NCBI GenBank assembly: GCA_045580835.1
Contig: JAZNOM010000024.1
Location: 410 to 64,409, forward strand
Reading direction: 5' to 3'
DNA from: Eubacteriales bacterium
GTDB lineage: Bacteria > Bacillota > Clostridia > Oscillospirales > CAG-272
Length of the DNA: 64,000 bases
Part shown: one piece after another, positions 8,816 to 19,219 of the stretch
Layout: each line of letters starts with the position of its first letter
Numbering within the stretch: position 1 is the stretch's first letter
Translations under genes and position numbers: made by a program
The notes under the pieces: generated by a model
Database searches by the model: none
Seen by the model: the letters and a program-made list of their open reading frames with translations, nothing else
What the model was told of the DNA's origin: nothing

Positions 8816-10024
8816 ATGAAATACTTTGTCCTCGTCTGCGACGGCATGGCAGACAGAAAAATTAAAGAACTTGGCGGCCGTACCCCTATGGAAGCTGCAA
8901 ACAAACCCATGATGGATATGCTCGCCTCTAAAGCAATGTGCGGCACCGTTTCCAACGTACCAAACGGTATGGTTCCCGAAAGCGACACTGCCAACCTTGC
9001 TATTCTCTCATATGACCCCAAGGTTTATTCAAAGGGTCGTTCACCCCTTGAAGCTATGAGCATGGGGCTTGAAATGCAGCCTGATGAAACCGCATACCGC
9101 TGCAACGTTGTAACTCTCAGCGACGACGAGGACTATGACAACAAGATAATGCTTGACCACAGTGCGGACGAAATCACCACCGAAGAGGCTGACGCACTTA
9201 TCAAGACACTTGAAGAAAAGCTTGGCAACGAGATGCGCCACTTTTACACCGGTGTTTCCTACCGTCACTGCCTGCTTTGGAAAAACGGCTCGGAAACATA
9301 CAACTTCATGCGTCCGCATGATATCCTCGGCAAGTGCATTAAGGATTATCTTCCTCACGGCGAAGAAGGCAAGCCTTTCTATGACCTCATGCGTGCAAGC
9401 TACGATATTCTCAAAGACCATCCCGTAAACATTGCTAGACGAAACGCAGGCAAGCGTATTGCAAACTCCGCTTGGCTTTGGAGCCCCGGAAAGAAGCCGG
9501 CACTTCCCTCTTTCTCTGAAAAATGGGGACTTAACGGCGCTGTCATTTCCGCAGTTGACCTTATCAAAGGCATCGGTATCTGTGCAGGCATGAAGTCGAT
9601 TGACGTTGAGGGCGCGACCGGCAACGTTCACACCAACTACGACGGCAAGGCTGATGCCGCTATCGAAGCATTCAAAGACGGTCATGATTTTGTATTCGTT
9701 CATGTTGAAGGTCCCGATGAATGCGGTCACCGTGCAGAAATTGAAAACAAAGTACTCGCTATTGAAAAAATCGACTCGATAATTCTTAAAAAGGTTTACG
9801 ATTACCTTTGCGGTTGCGGCGACGACTTCAAGATTTTCCTGCTCCCCGACCACCCCACTCCCATTGAAATCCGTACACACAGCATGGAGCCCGTTCCCTT
9901 CTTTGTATACTCAAGCAACAAAGAAACCAAGGGCGTTGAAAAGTTTACCGAAGCCACCGCGGAGGCTACAAAGCTCTACTATCCTCAAGGTCACGCACTT
10001 CTCGACTATATAATCGAAAAATAA
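8816..10024 (+). CDS. Cofactor-independent phosphoglycerate mutase family protein (archaeal ApgM type, alkaline-phosphatase superfamily)
   Basis: 402 aa. MKYFVLVCDGMADR..L.GRTP.E.A..P.MD.LA; PGKKP.LP.F; VHVEGPDECGH; LLPDHPTP. Confidence 0.85.
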   Translation: MKYFVLVCDGMADRKIKELGGRTPMEAANKPMMDMLASKAMCGTVSNVPNGMVPESDTANLAILSYDPKVYSKGRSPLEAMSMGLEMQPDETAYRCNVVTLSDDEDYDNKIMLDHSADEITTEEADALIKTLEEKLGNEMRHFYTGVSYRHCLLWKNGSETYNFMRPHDILGKCIKDYLPHGEEGKPFYDLMRASYDILKDHPVNIARRNAGKRIANSAWLWSPGKKPALPSFSEKWGLNGAVISAVDLIKGIGICAGMKSIDVEGATGNVHTNYDGKADAAIEAFKDGHDFVFVHVEGPDECGHRAEIENKVLAIEKIDSIILKKVYDYLCGCGDDFKIFLLPDHPTPIEIRTHSMEPVPFFVYSSNKETKGVEKFTEATAEATKLYYPQGHALLDYIIEK

Positions 10025-10033
10025 GGAGAGATT

Positions 10034-10612
10034 ATGTCTAACAAAAATACTGTTCAGAAGAACTCTTTTGCCGCAGAAGTTTTCGAGTGGCTTGAAATGG
10101 TTGTCCTCTCGGCTTGTGTTGTTCTTTTGATTTTCACCTTTGTGGCGCGCCCTGCAAATGTTGACGGTGCTTCTATGGAAGACACTTTGCATGACAAGGA
10201 AATGCTTGTTATTTCCAATCTCTTTTATGAACCGGAGCATGGCGATATCATCGTGTTTCAAAAAATCAACTCGGTTCATCCCGCGCCGATTGTGAAGCGT
10301 GTAATTGCAACAGAGGGTGAAACGATTGACATTGATTTTGACACATGGACGGTAACCGTAACCGATGTTGACGGCAACAAGCGCGTGCTGGACGAAAGCG
10401 AGTACAGAAAGCTGCTCCCCGACCGCCGCGTTACATCCGATCTTTCATATCCCATTACGCTTGGAGAAGACGAGCTTTTTGTAATGGGCGACAACCGCAA
10501 CAATTCACTTGACAGCCGCGACTCACGCATTGGCATTGTAAAAGAAAACGAAATCATCGGCAAGGTATGCCTTCGTGCCTTTCCGCTTAACAAATTCGGA
10601 ACTGTAAATTAA
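10034..10612 (+). CDS. lepB: Signal peptidase I
   Basis: TM helix, then VDGASMEDTL (catalytic Ser box), KRVIATEGE, and GDNRNNSLDSR (box E). Confidence 0.93.
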   Translation: MSNKNTVQKNSFAAEVFEWLEMVVLSACVVLLIFTFVARPANVDGASMEDTLHDKEMLVISNLFYEPEHGDIIVFQKINSVHPAPIVKRVIATEGETIDIDFDTWTVTVTDVDGNKRVLDESEYRKLLPDRRVTSDLSYPITLGEDELFVMGDNRNNSLDSRDSRIGIVKENEIIGKVCLRAFPLNKFGTVN

Positions 10613-10621
10613 GGAGGAAAT

Positions 10622-11494
10622 ATGGGTAATTCACAGTATCAAATACAATGGTTTCCCGGTCATATGGCAAAAACCCGCCGTTTGATAAGCGAAAACCTGA
10701 AATACACGGACATTGTGATTGAACTTCGTGATGCCCGTATTCCCTATAGCTCAAAAAACCCCGAGATAGAAAAGCTTATAGGCGACAAACCAAGACTTAT
10801 TCTTTTGAACAAGGCTTCGCTTGCAGATGCAAACGTAAACCGCGCATGGCTAAAATACTTTGAAGCACGCGGCGAAAAATGCCTGCTTTTGGACTGCGTA
10901 AACGGCAACGGTATCAAAGATATTTACCCTGCTGTTTGCGATATCTTGAGCGAGAAAATGGCGCGTTGGGCTGAAAAAGGTATGAACAAAAAGGTGCGCG
11001 CAATGGTTGTAGGCATTCCAAATGTAGGCAAATCGTCGTTTATCAACCGCATTGCCGGCACAAACAAAGCAAAAGTTGAAAACCGTCCCGGTGTTACATT
11101 AACCAAGCAATGGGTTTCGACAAGCATAGGGCTTGAACTTATCGACATGCCCGGTGTTTTGTGGCCTAAATTTGACGACAAGTTTGTAGGCGAAAACCTT
11201 GCAATGACAGGTGCTATAAAAGACCATATTCTCGACACCGAGGAGCTTGCAATGCTCCTTTGCGGACGACTCCGCGACAGTGCGCCAAAAGCATTTGCAG
11301 AGCGTTACAAGCTCACTGATACTGACGGTTGGGAAGACCTCGACCTTTACGATTTATTTGAACTTGTCGGCAAAAAACGCGGCTTTCTTATGTCCGGCGG
11401 TGTGATAAATCACGAGCGCACCGCAGACACCATTTTAAACGAATTTCGTGCTGCCACTATCGGCTGCATATCACTGGAGGCACCTAAATGCTGA
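10622..11494 (+). CDS. rbgA: Ribosome biogenesis GTPase A (YlqF/RbgA)
   Basis: QWFPGHMAKT, circularly permuted GTPase motifs LNKASL and GIPNVGKSSFIN, DMPGVLWPKF. Conserved neighbourhood with rnhB. Confidence 0.93.
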   Translation: MGNSQYQIQWFPGHMAKTRRLISENLKYTDIVIELRDARIPYSSKNPEIEKLIGDKPRLILLNKASLADANVNRAWLKYFEARGEKCLLLDCVNGNGIKDIYPAVCDILSEKMARWAEKGMNKKVRAMVVGIPNVGKSSFINRIAGTNKAKVENRPGVTLTKQWVSTSIGLELIDMPGVLWPKFDDKFVGENLAMTGAIKDHILDTEELAMLLCGRLRDSAPKAFAERYKLTDTDGWEDLDLYDLFELVGKKRGFLMSGGVINHERTADTILNEFRAATIGCISLEAPKC

Positions 11495-12096
11495 CTTTTG
11501 AACACGAAAAAGCACTGCGCGATGACGGCTATATTGCCGTTTGCGGAGTTGACGAAGCGGGGCGCGGACCTCTTGCAGGCCCCGTGGTTGCCGCCGCGTG
11601 CATTCTGCCGATTGACTGCCATATTGAGGGGCTTAACGACTCCAAAAAGCTCTCCGAAAAGAAGCGCGAATTGCTTTTTGACGAGATTAAAGAAAAGGCT
11701 ATTGCTTATTCAATAGCATCGGCATCCAATGAAGAAATCGACGAGTTCAATATACTTAATGCGACGATGCTCGCTATGGCTCGCGCTATAGAGGGACTGC
11801 CAAAGCCTGCGGACTTTGCTCTGGTTGACGGTAACTGCGTGCGCAACTTCCCTGTCCCTGCGGCTACTCTTATAAAAGGCGATGCAAAATGCCCTTCGAT
11901 TGCGGCAGCATCCATTCTCGCAAAGGTAACGCGTGACCGCATCTGTATGGAAATGGACAAAGATTATCCCGAATATAATTTCAAAAAGCATAAAGGCTAT
12001 CCAACAAAGGAGCATCGCGACCTTGTAATCAAATACGGTCCCTGCCCTTTGCACCGCCTTACGTTTTTGAAATTTATGAACAAGGAAAACGGCTGA
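11488..12096 (+). CDS. rnhB: Ribonuclease HII
   Basis: GVDEAGRGPLAGPVVAAA, DSKKLS.KKRE, GYP...H. Overlaps the rbgA stop by 7 nt. Confidence 0.95.
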   Translation: MLTFEHEKALRDDGYIAVCGVDEAGRGPLAGPVVAAACILPIDCHIEGLNDSKKLSEKKRELLFDEIKEKAIAYSIASASNEEIDEFNILNATMLAMARAIEGLPKPADFALVDGNCVRNFPVPAATLIKGDAKCPSIAAASILAKVTRDRICMEMDKDYPEYNFKKHKGYPTKEHRDLVIKYGPCPLHRLTFLKFMNKENG

Positions 12097-12473
12097 TGTT
12101 TTTCGGTAAAACAACAAAGGATATCGGAAGACGCGGAGAAAAGTTTGCAGAAAAGCATCTCAAGAAGCAAGGCTACAAAATCGTTGCAAAAAACTTTTCA
12201 TCTGCACACGGCGAAATTGATATAATTGCCGAAAGTAAAGACTATCTTGTTTTTGTCGAGGTTAAAGCACGAAAAAACAACGAAGAGAATTTCAAAAATT
12301 ACGGTTTACCGGGTGAAGCGGTAAACAAAACCAAACAGCAGCATATCATATTTACGGCACAAATATTTTTACAACGACATCCTACAGAAAAGTCTTTGCG
12401 CTTTGACGTTATCGAGGTTTACCTCGGTGACAAAGTAGAAATCAACCACATCGAAGACGCATTTGTCCTTTGA
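12096..12473 (+). CDS. yraN: YraN family (UPF0102) endonuclease-like protein
   Basis: 125 aa. G...AE.HL...GY.I...N......GEIDIIA......VFVEVKAR pattern. TGATG overlap with rnhB. Confidence 0.85.
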   Translation: MFFGKTTKDIGRRGEKFAEKHLKKQGYKIVAKNFSSAHGEIDIIAESKDYLVFVEVKARKNNEENFKNYGLPGEAVNKTKQQHIIFTAQIFLQRHPTEKSLRFDVIEVYLGDKVEINHIEDAFVL

Positions 12474-13426
12474 AAGGAGCCACTTTGGAATACAAACTTT
12501 TTGACCTCCACTGCGATACACCGTATCAGTTATTCAAGGAGTCGCAGAATCTTAAAAGCAACAATCTTCACATCGCGCTTGACAAAGCCGGCGTTTTTAC
12601 GAAATACGCTCAAATCGCAGCAATTTGGAGCGACGCTGACCTCGATGATGAAGAAGCATACACCGCTTTTTGGAGAATACTTAATAACTTCAAATATGAA
12701 ATAGAACTCAACCGTCAACATGCGGCAATTTGCCGTTCATACGATGACCTTGTACAAATTCCCGATGAATACGCCGCGTTTTTCCTTGCAATTGAAGACG
12801 CCCGTATTTTAAGCGGCAATATCGAAAGAATACGCGAGGTTTATGACGCGGGTGTGCGCTTTATCTCCATGAACTGGCAGGGCGAAAACGCACTCGGCGG
12901 CGGATATGACACAAATTCTCCGCTTACTCATCTTGGAAAAAGCGTTGCAGGTCTTGCACTTGACCTTGGAATGGTACTCGATGTTTCCCACTCTTCTGCA
13001 AAAGTAGTTGATGAGCTTGCGGAAATGGCGGCGGCAGTTAAGCGTCCGATAATCGCCACGCACTCAAATTCAAATTCGGTTGCGGTGCATCCGAGAAATC
13101 TTACAGATGACCAGTTTACAAAAATTGTCCAAAGCGGCGGTATCGTAGGTATTTCACTTGCCCATTCACATCTGTGCGGCAAAGGCAGTACTGTGGCAAG
13201 TATCGAACACGTGATTGACCATATCGAATACTATCTCGGTCTTGACGGTCAGCACACGGTTTGCCTCGGTTGTGATTTTGACGGAATTACAAATACTCCT
13301 TGCGACATTGAAAACATCGGAGAACTTTATAAGCTTGCCGATGCAATGTCAGCAAAGAATTTCAGCGATGAGCTTATAAATGCAATCTTCTACCAGAATG
13401 CGTATAATTTTTTGAAAAAAATATAA
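12470..13426 (+). CDS. Membrane-type dipeptidase (peptidase M19 family)
   Basis: FDLHCDTP near the N-terminus, then DVSH and ATHSNS motifs. The start is uncertain: TTG 12470 or TTG 12484 after AAAGGAG. Confidence 0.8.
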   Translation: MKGATLEYKLFDLHCDTPYQLFKESQNLKSNNLHIALDKAGVFTKYAQIAAIWSDADLDDEEAYTAFWRILNNFKYEIELNRQHAAICRSYDDLVQIPDEYAAFFLAIEDARILSGNIERIREVYDAGVRFISMNWQGENALGGGYDTNSPLTHLGKSVAGLALDLGMVLDVSHSSAKVVDELAEMAAAVKRPIIATHSNSNSVAVHPRNLTDDQFTKIVQSGGIVGISLAHSHLCGKGSTVASIEHVIDHIEYYLGLDGQHTVCLGCDFDGITNTPCDIENIGELYKLADAMSAKNFSDELINAIFYQNAYNFLKKI

Positions 13427-13451
13427 TAGCATATAAACGAAAGGATCCACC

Positions 13452-14930
13452 ATGAATTACTCCAGCACAAGAAGTACAAACCAAGATAAAGTTTCAGCAG
13501 CGCAGGCTATCAAGCAAGGTCTTGCCAACGACGGCGGCTTGTTTATGCCCGAAAGCATCCCGCAGATTTCACTTACCGACATTGAAAACCTTATCGACAA
13601 AAGCTATGTTGAGCGCGCAGTCAGCGTTCTCTCCATGTTTTTGACCGATTATACCAAGGAAGAACTCCTTGCCGACTGTAAGGCTGCCTACAGTGAAGAG
13701 CGTTTTGTAGGCGGTGCTGCTCCTCTTCGCAGCATTGACGGCAAAGTTTTTTCACTTGAACTCTGGCACGGCCCCACCTGCGCGTTCAAAGATATGGCGC
13801 TCCAGATCATGCCCCGTCTTCTCTGCCGTGCGCTTGAAAAGACCGGCGAAAAACGCGATGCAATGATTCTCGTAGCAACATCCGGCGACACCGGCAAAGC
13901 TGCACTTGAAGGCTACCGCGATATTGATAAGATTCGTATCAAGGTATTCTATCCCGTAGACGGCGTTAGCCGCGTACAAAAGCTCCAAATGGCTACACAG
14001 AGCGGTAACAACGTTGATGTTTGCGCTATCCATGGCAACTTTGACGATGCGCAGACCGGTGTTAAAAAGATTTTTGCAGATGCCGAAATCGCAAAAGAAC
14101 TTAACGATAAAGGCATCTTCCTTTCCAGTGCTAACTCAATCAACTGGGGTAGACTCGCTCCTCAAATCGTTTACTATGTTTCCGCGTATTGCGACATGGT
14201 AAAAATGGGCGAAATCTCTCTAGGCGATAAAATTGACGTTTGTGTGCCTACAGGTAACTTCGGCAACATCTTTGCTGCATACATCGCAAAGATGATGGGA
14301 CTTCCGATTGAAAAGTTTGTTTGCGCTTCCAATCAAAACAACATTCTTACCGACTTTCTTACTACAGGTACATATGACCGCAACCGCAAGTTCTACACAA
14401 CAATGTCCCCCTCTATGGACATTCTCATTTCCAGCAATCTTGAGCGTCTTCTCTACACCCTTGCAGGTGCAGAAAAGACCGCGGCATACATGAAAGAATT
14501 AAACACCACCGGCAAATACACTCTTGATGCCGAAACCAAGGCAAAAATTGACGAAAACTTCTACGGCTACTGCTGTGATGAAGAAGGTACTGCAAAGACC
14601 ATCCGTGAAACCTTTGACAAGTACGGCTATCTCTGCGACACACACACCGCTGTCGGTCTCTCTTGCGCAAGACAGTATGCAGCAGAGCACGGCGGAAACA
14701 AAATTGTTCTTGCGTCTACCGCAAGCCCCTACAAGTTTGCAAACGATGTTTATACCGCGGTTTCAGGTAAAACTGCTGCTAACGAACTTGCCGCTCTCAC
14801 AGAGCTTGCTGCGTACACAAATACCGAGATTCCCTCACCTCTTGCTGACATCGACAAGCGCACCGTTCGCTTTACAAAGACAATTGATGCGGCAAACATG
14901 CCTGCAGACGTAATGTTTTTCGCTGATTAA
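13452..14930 (+). CDS. thrC: Threonine synthase (long form)
   Basis: LELWHGPTCAFKDMALQ (PLP lysine motif), ATSGDTGKAA, SANSINWGRL.PQ.VYY. Confidence 0.93.
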   Translation: MNYSSTRSTNQDKVSAAQAIKQGLANDGGLFMPESIPQISLTDIENLIDKSYVERAVSVLSMFLTDYTKEELLADCKAAYSEERFVGGAAPLRSIDGKVFSLELWHGPTCAFKDMALQIMPRLLCRALEKTGEKRDAMILVATSGDTGKAALEGYRDIDKIRIKVFYPVDGVSRVQKLQMATQSGNNVDVCAIHGNFDDAQTGVKKIFADAEIAKELNDKGIFLSSANSINWGRLAPQIVYYVSAYCDMVKMGEISLGDKIDVCVPTGNFGNIFAAYIAKMMGLPIEKFVCASNQNNILTDFLTTGTYDRNRKFYTTMSPSMDILISSNLERLLYTLAGAEKTAAYMKELNTTGKYTLDAETKAKIDENFYGYCCDEEGTAKTIRETFDKYGYLCDTHTAVGLSCARQYAAEHGGNKIVLASTASPYKFANDVYTAVSGKTAANELAALTELAAYTNTEIPSPLADIDKRTVRFTKTIDAANMPADVMFFAD

Positions 14931-14959
14931 TTATTAAAAAACTACCGAGGAGGAAAGAT

Positions 14960-15697
14960 ATGTCATTATACACAATAGCAGATTTACATCTTTCCCTCGG
15001 CGTGGGCGAAGAAAAATCAATGGATGTTTTCGGCAACCGTTGGCGCGGATATGTCGAAAAACTTGAGAAAAACTGGCGCGCCATCGTTGAGCCTGAAGAC
15101 TCTGTGATAATCCCCGGTGATATTTCATGGGCACTAGGAATAGACGAAGCACTTGCCGACCTGAAGTTTATTGACAGTTTGCCGGGTACAAAATACATTG
15201 GCAAAGGTAACCATGATTTCTGGTGGGCAACTCTCAAAAAAATCACTGATTTTTTTGAGCTACACAACATAACCACCATAAAAATCCTTTACAACTGCGC
15301 ATATGAAGTAGAAGACTATATTATATGCGGTACCCGCGGTTGGTTTTATGATGAATCGGTTTCAAATATTCCAAAAGGAACCGATTTTGACAAAATCGTA
15401 AACCGCGAGGCACAACGTCTCAAAATCAGCCTTGATGAAGCAAAGATTCTCGCCGAAAAAAGCGGTAAACCAATACTTTGTTTCTTGCACTTCCCCGTAG
15501 TTTGGAACGGCACAGAGTGCGAACCGCTTATGAATCTTTTGACTGAATACGGCATCAAAAAATGCTACTTCGGCCATATACACGGCGCATACGCTTCACC
15601 TGCACATTTTGAGCATAAAGGTGTAAGCTTTGCAATAATTTCCGCAGATTATCTCAACTTTGTTCCACGCGTGATTTTCCCACCCGAATTCGATTAA
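14960..15697 (+). CDS. Metallophosphoesterase family protein
   Basis: ADLHLS, IIPGDISW, KGNHDFWW, FLHFP, GHIHG: the calcineurin-like phosphoesterase motifs in the correct order. Confidence 0.85.
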   Translation: MSLYTIADLHLSLGVGEEKSMDVFGNRWRGYVEKLEKNWRAIVEPEDSVIIPGDISWALGIDEALADLKFIDSLPGTKYIGKGNHDFWWATLKKITDFFELHNITTIKILYNCAYEVEDYIICGTRGWFYDESVSNIPKGTDFDKIVNREAQRLKISLDEAKILAEKSGKPILCFLHFPVVWNGTECEPLMNLLTEYGIKKCYFGHIHGAYASPAHFEHKGVSFAIISADYLNFVPRVIFPPEFD

Positions 15698-15744
15698 TTT
15701 TTACCTAAAAAAGCACTTTTTACCTATTTTATTTAAAAAACATC

Positions 15745-15773
15745 TTGACTTTATATAATAATAGAAGTAAAAT
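15745..15773 (+). promoter_or_regulatory. Candidate sigma-A promoter for tig
   Basis: TTGACT, 17-nt spacer, TAAAAT, about 40 nt upstream of ATG 15815. Confidence 0.35.
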
Positions 15774-15814
15774 AAAGTTTGTGCAACTATGAAGATTTTT
15801 GGAGGACACTTAAA

Positions 15815-17254
15815 ATGAGTTTTAAGAAAGTCGAAAAGAAAGAAACTAACGTTTATGTGATTGAGTTTCAGATCGAAAAAGCTGATTTCGATGCTGCAAA
15901 CGACAAAGTATTCAAGAAGAATGCTAAAAACATAAACATCGCCGGCTTTAGAAAAGGCAAGGCTCCCCGTCACCTCATCGAAAAGATGTACGGTAAGGGC
16001 GTATTTTATGAGGAAGCTATCAACGAATGCCTCCCTGCAGCATATGAAGCAGCTGCAAAGGAATCCGGCCTTGACATTATCGGTCAGCCCGAGTTTGATG
16101 TTACTTCTATTGATGATAACGGCGTAGCTATGACCGCTACCGTTACTACCAAGCCCGAAGCTAAAATTGAGGGCTACAAGGGTATCAAAGCTACCAAAGA
16201 CGTTAAGAGCGCAACTGCTGCTGACGTTAAGAAAGAAATCGAAACCGTTCGCGAACGCAACAGCCGCGAAATCGAAGTTACCGACCGCGCTGCAAAGAAA
16301 GACGATATCGCTAATATCGACTTTGAAGGCTTTGTTGACGGTGTTGCTTTTGAAGGCGGCAAAGCCGAAGGTCACAACCTCAAAATCGGCTCCGGTGCTT
16401 TCATCCCCGGTTTTGAAGAACAGATTATCGGCAAGAAGATTGGCGAAGAATTTGATGTTAACGTTGAATTCCCCGCTGAATATCATGCTGAAGAACTTGC
16501 CGGCAAGCCTGCAGTATTCAAAGTAAAGCTCAACGGTCTTAAGGTTACCGAACTTCCTGCACTTGATGACGAGTTTGCAAAGGATGTTTCCGAATTTGAT
16601 ACTTTCGATGAATATAAAGCTGATGTTAAGGCAAAACTCACCGAGAAGAACGAAAAGGAAGCTGAACTCGCTGTAGATGACCAGCTTTATGAAGCAGTGC
16701 TCGGTCTTCTTGAAGCTGAAATTCCCGAAGTTATGTACGAAATCGAAACCGAAAACTTCGTTCGTGACTACGATAACAGACTCCGCATGCAGGGTCTTGA
16801 CCTCAATGCTTTCTTCAAGTATACAGGTCAGACACTTGATGACCTCCGCAAACAGATGCGTCCCCAGGCTGAAAAGCAGGTTAAGATGCGCCTTGCGCTT
16901 GAAACCATTGCAAAGCTTGAAAACCTCTCTGCTACCGATGATGAAATCAATGAAGAGTATCAGAGAATTGCAGACGGCTACGGCATGGAAGCTGACAAGG
17001 TTAAGGAGCTTATCGCTAAAGAAGACATCAATGCTGACCTCTCTGTAAAGAAGGCATTTGACCTTGTTAAGGCAAACGCTGTAATTACCAAGAAGTCTGC
17101 AAAGAAGGCTGCTGAAAAGACCGAAGAGTCCGCAGAAAAGCCCGCTGCAAAGAAAACTTGCGCAAAGAAGACCACCGCAAAGGCTGAAGGCGAAACCACC
17201 GCAAAGAAGCCTGCTGCAAAAAAGTCTACCGCAAAGAAAGCAGAAGATAAATAA
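15815..17254 (+). CDS. tig: Trigger factor with a Lys/Ala-rich C-terminal tail
   Basis: Start MSFKKVEKKE after RBS GGAGGA. GFRKGKAP ribosome-binding motif. FKBP-type region GFIPGFEEQIIG. C-terminal arm. Extra tail AKKAAEK..KKPAAKKSTAKKAEDK. Confidence 0.95.
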   Translation: MSFKKVEKKETNVYVIEFQIEKADFDAANDKVFKKNAKNINIAGFRKGKAPRHLIEKMYGKGVFYEEAINECLPAAYEAAAKESGLDIIGQPEFDVTSIDDNGVAMTATVTTKPEAKIEGYKGIKATKDVKSATAADVKKEIETVRERNSREIEVTDRAAKKDDIANIDFEGFVDGVAFEGGKAEGHNLKIGSGAFIPGFEEQIIGKKIGEEFDVNVEFPAEYHAEELAGKPAVFKVKLNGLKVTELPALDDEFAKDVSEFDTFDEYKADVKAKLTEKNEKEAELAVDDQLYEAVLGLLEAEIPEVMYEIETENFVRDYDNRLRMQGLDLNAFFKYTGQTLDDLRKQMRPQAEKQVKMRLALETIAKLENLSATDDEINEEYQRIADGYGMEADKVKELIAKEDINADLSVKKAFDLVKANAVITKKSAKKAAEKTEESAEKPAAKKTCAKKTTAKAEGETTAKKPAAKKSTAKKAEDK

Positions 17255-17263
17255 ACATTTTAC

Positions 17264-17292
17264 GGCGGGTACATAAGTTACCCGCCTTATTA
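17264..17292 (+). terminator. Possible weak terminator or attenuating hairpin between tig and clpP
   Basis: GGCGGGTA-cataagt-TACCCGCC followed by TTATTATT, an imperfect U-tract. Confidence 0.4.
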
Positions 17293-17325
17293 TTCAAATT
17301 TACAATTTAAAGGAGAGATTTAAGT

Positions 17326-17910
17326 ATGGCACTTGTACCTATGGTCGTAGAGCAAACTAACAGAGGTGAGCGTTCTTTTGACATTTATTCAAGACTCCTC
17401 AATGACAGAATTATCATGCTTACCGACGAGATAAACGATACTACCGCTTCCCTCGTGGTTGCGCAACTTCTTTATCTTGAAGCGCAGGACCCCGACAAAG
17501 ACATTTCGCTTTACATCAACAGCCCCGGCGGCTCTGTTTCCGCAGGCTTTGCAATTTACGATACAATGAACTTTATAAAGTGCGATGTTTCTACCATCTG
17601 CATGGGCATGGCTGCATCTATGGGTGCATTCCTTCTCTCTGCAGGTGCTAAAGGCAAGCGTCTTGCACTTCCTAACAGCGTTATCATGATTCACCAACCT
17701 CTCGGCGGCGCACGCGGTCAGGCAAGCGATATCAAGATTCACGCAGAGCACATTCTCAAAACCAGAGCAAAGCTCAATGATATCCTTGCAAAGAATACCG
17801 GCAAGCCGCTTGAAGTTATTGAGCGAGACACCGACCGTGACAACTTTATGGATGCTGACGAAGCATGCGCATACGGTCTTGTAGACAAAGTAATTACCGA
17901 AAGACCTTAA
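17326..17910 (+). CDS. clpP: ATP-dependent Clp protease proteolytic subunit
   Basis: [32 protein letters not shown] (catalytic Ser), IMIHQP (catalytic His), DTDRD. Confidence 0.97.
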   Translation: MALVPMVVEQTNRGERSFDIYSRLLNDRIIMLTDEINDTTASLVVAQLLYLEAQDPDKDISLYINSPGGSVSAGFAIYDTMNFIKCDVSTICMGMAASMGAFLLSAGAKGKRLALPNSVIMIHQPLGGARGQASDIKIHAEHILKTRAKLNDILAKNTGKPLEVIERDTDRDNFMDADEACAYGLVDKVITERP

Positions 17911-17922
17911 ACGGAGAAAATA

Positions 17923-19182
17923 ATGCCAACTAACAACAATGAAATGGGGCTTCGCTGCTCATTTTGCGGCAGAGGTGAACGCGAGGTTGAACTCCTTATC
18001 CCCGCTGCAAAACACGGCGCCGCAATTTGCAGTGACTGCATAGCTACATGCGCAAACTTTTTGGATGAACTCGTACCCGAAGAAACAGCAGAAGACACCT
18101 CCTCAGAACTTCTCAAAATCGACACACTCCCGAAGCCTGCCGAAATCAAGGCTATTCTTGACGAATATGTAATTGGTCAGGATGATGCAAAGCGTGTTCT
18201 GTCGGTTGCGGTATATAACCACTACAAGCGCCTTATTTACCGTGAGAAGATGGGCAATGACGACGTTGAAATTCAAAAAAGCAATGTGCTTTTGCTCGGC
18301 CCTACCGGTGTGGGAAAAACTTTTCTTGCACAAACTCTTGCAAAGGCGCTAAAGGTTCCCTTTGCCATTGCAGATGCAACCACTCTTACCGAGGCAGGCT
18401 ATGTAGGTGAGGACGTTGAAAACATTCTTCTTCGTCTTATTCAAGCTGCTGATTTCAACATTGAAAAGGCTGAAAAAGGTATCATCTATATTGACGAAAT
18501 AGACAAAATTTCGCGTAAGGGCGAAAATCGCTCTATTACACGCGATGTTTCGGGTGAGGGTGTTCAGCAGGCACTTCTTAAAATCCTTGAGGGAACGGTT
18601 GCAAATGTTCCTCCGCAGGGTGGACGCAAGCATCCCAATCAGGACTTTATACAGATTCACACCGAAAACATCCTCTTTATCTGCGGCGGCGCGTTTGACG
18701 GGCTTGACAAGATTATTGAGCAGCGCAAGGGCAAGCAGACAATGGGCTTCGGTGGCAATGTGCAGAAAAAGCAGGAAAAGATTGACCGCGGAATCTACAA
18801 GGATGTGAACTCGCATGACATTGTTAAATACGGTCTCATACCCGAACTTGTAGGCCGTTTGCCGGTAATTGTTGACCTTGAAAGCCTTGATGAAGCCGCA
18901 CTCGTTAAGATTCTCCGTGAGCCTAAAAGCGCTATTATCAAGCAATATACAAAGCTTATCGGACTCGACGGCGTTGAGCTTGAATTTGGCGAAGGCGCAT
19001 GCGAAGCGGTTGCAAAGCTTGCAATTGAGCGCAATATCGGTGCACGCGGACTTCGTTCGATAATGGAGGATTTTATGACTCCTATTATGTACGAAATCCC
19101 CTCTAAAGAAAACCTCAAAAAGGTTATCATTACAAAAGAACTTGTAAATGGTACGGGCGAAGCAATCTACGAAACAGTATAA
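17923..19182 (+). CDS. clpX: ATP-dependent Clp protease ATP-binding subunit ClpX
   Basis: N-terminal zinc finger CSFCG..C..C. Walker [27 protein letters not shown] sensor motif. Confidence 0.97.
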   Translation: MPTNNNEMGLRCSFCGRGEREVELLIPAAKHGAAICSDCIATCANFLDELVPEETAEDTSSELLKIDTLPKPAEIKAILDEYVIGQDDAKRVLSVAVYNHYKRLIYREKMGNDDVEIQKSNVLLLGPTGVGKTFLAQTLAKALKVPFAIADATTLTEAGYVGEDVENILLRLIQAADFNIEKAEKGIIYIDEIDKISRKGENRSITRDVSGEGVQQALLKILEGTVANVPPQGGRKHPNQDFIQIHTENILFICGGAFDGLDKIIEQRKGKQTMGFGGNVQKKQEKIDRGIYKDVNSHDIVKYGLIPELVGRLPVIVDLESLDEAALVKILREPKSAIIKQYTKLIGLDGVELEFGEGACEAVAKLAIERNIGARGLRSIMEDFMTPIMYEIPSKENLKKVIITKELVNGTGEAIYETV

Positions 19183-19215
19183 AAAAACTCCCTCTTTCGA
19201 GGGAGTTTTTCTTTT
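19182..19215. terminator. Bidirectional terminator between clpX (+) and the HPr-like gene (-)
   Basis: AAAAAAA-CTCCCTC-tttc-GAGGGAG-TTTTTCTTTT. Confidence 0.85.
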
Positions 19216-19219
19216 ACGT

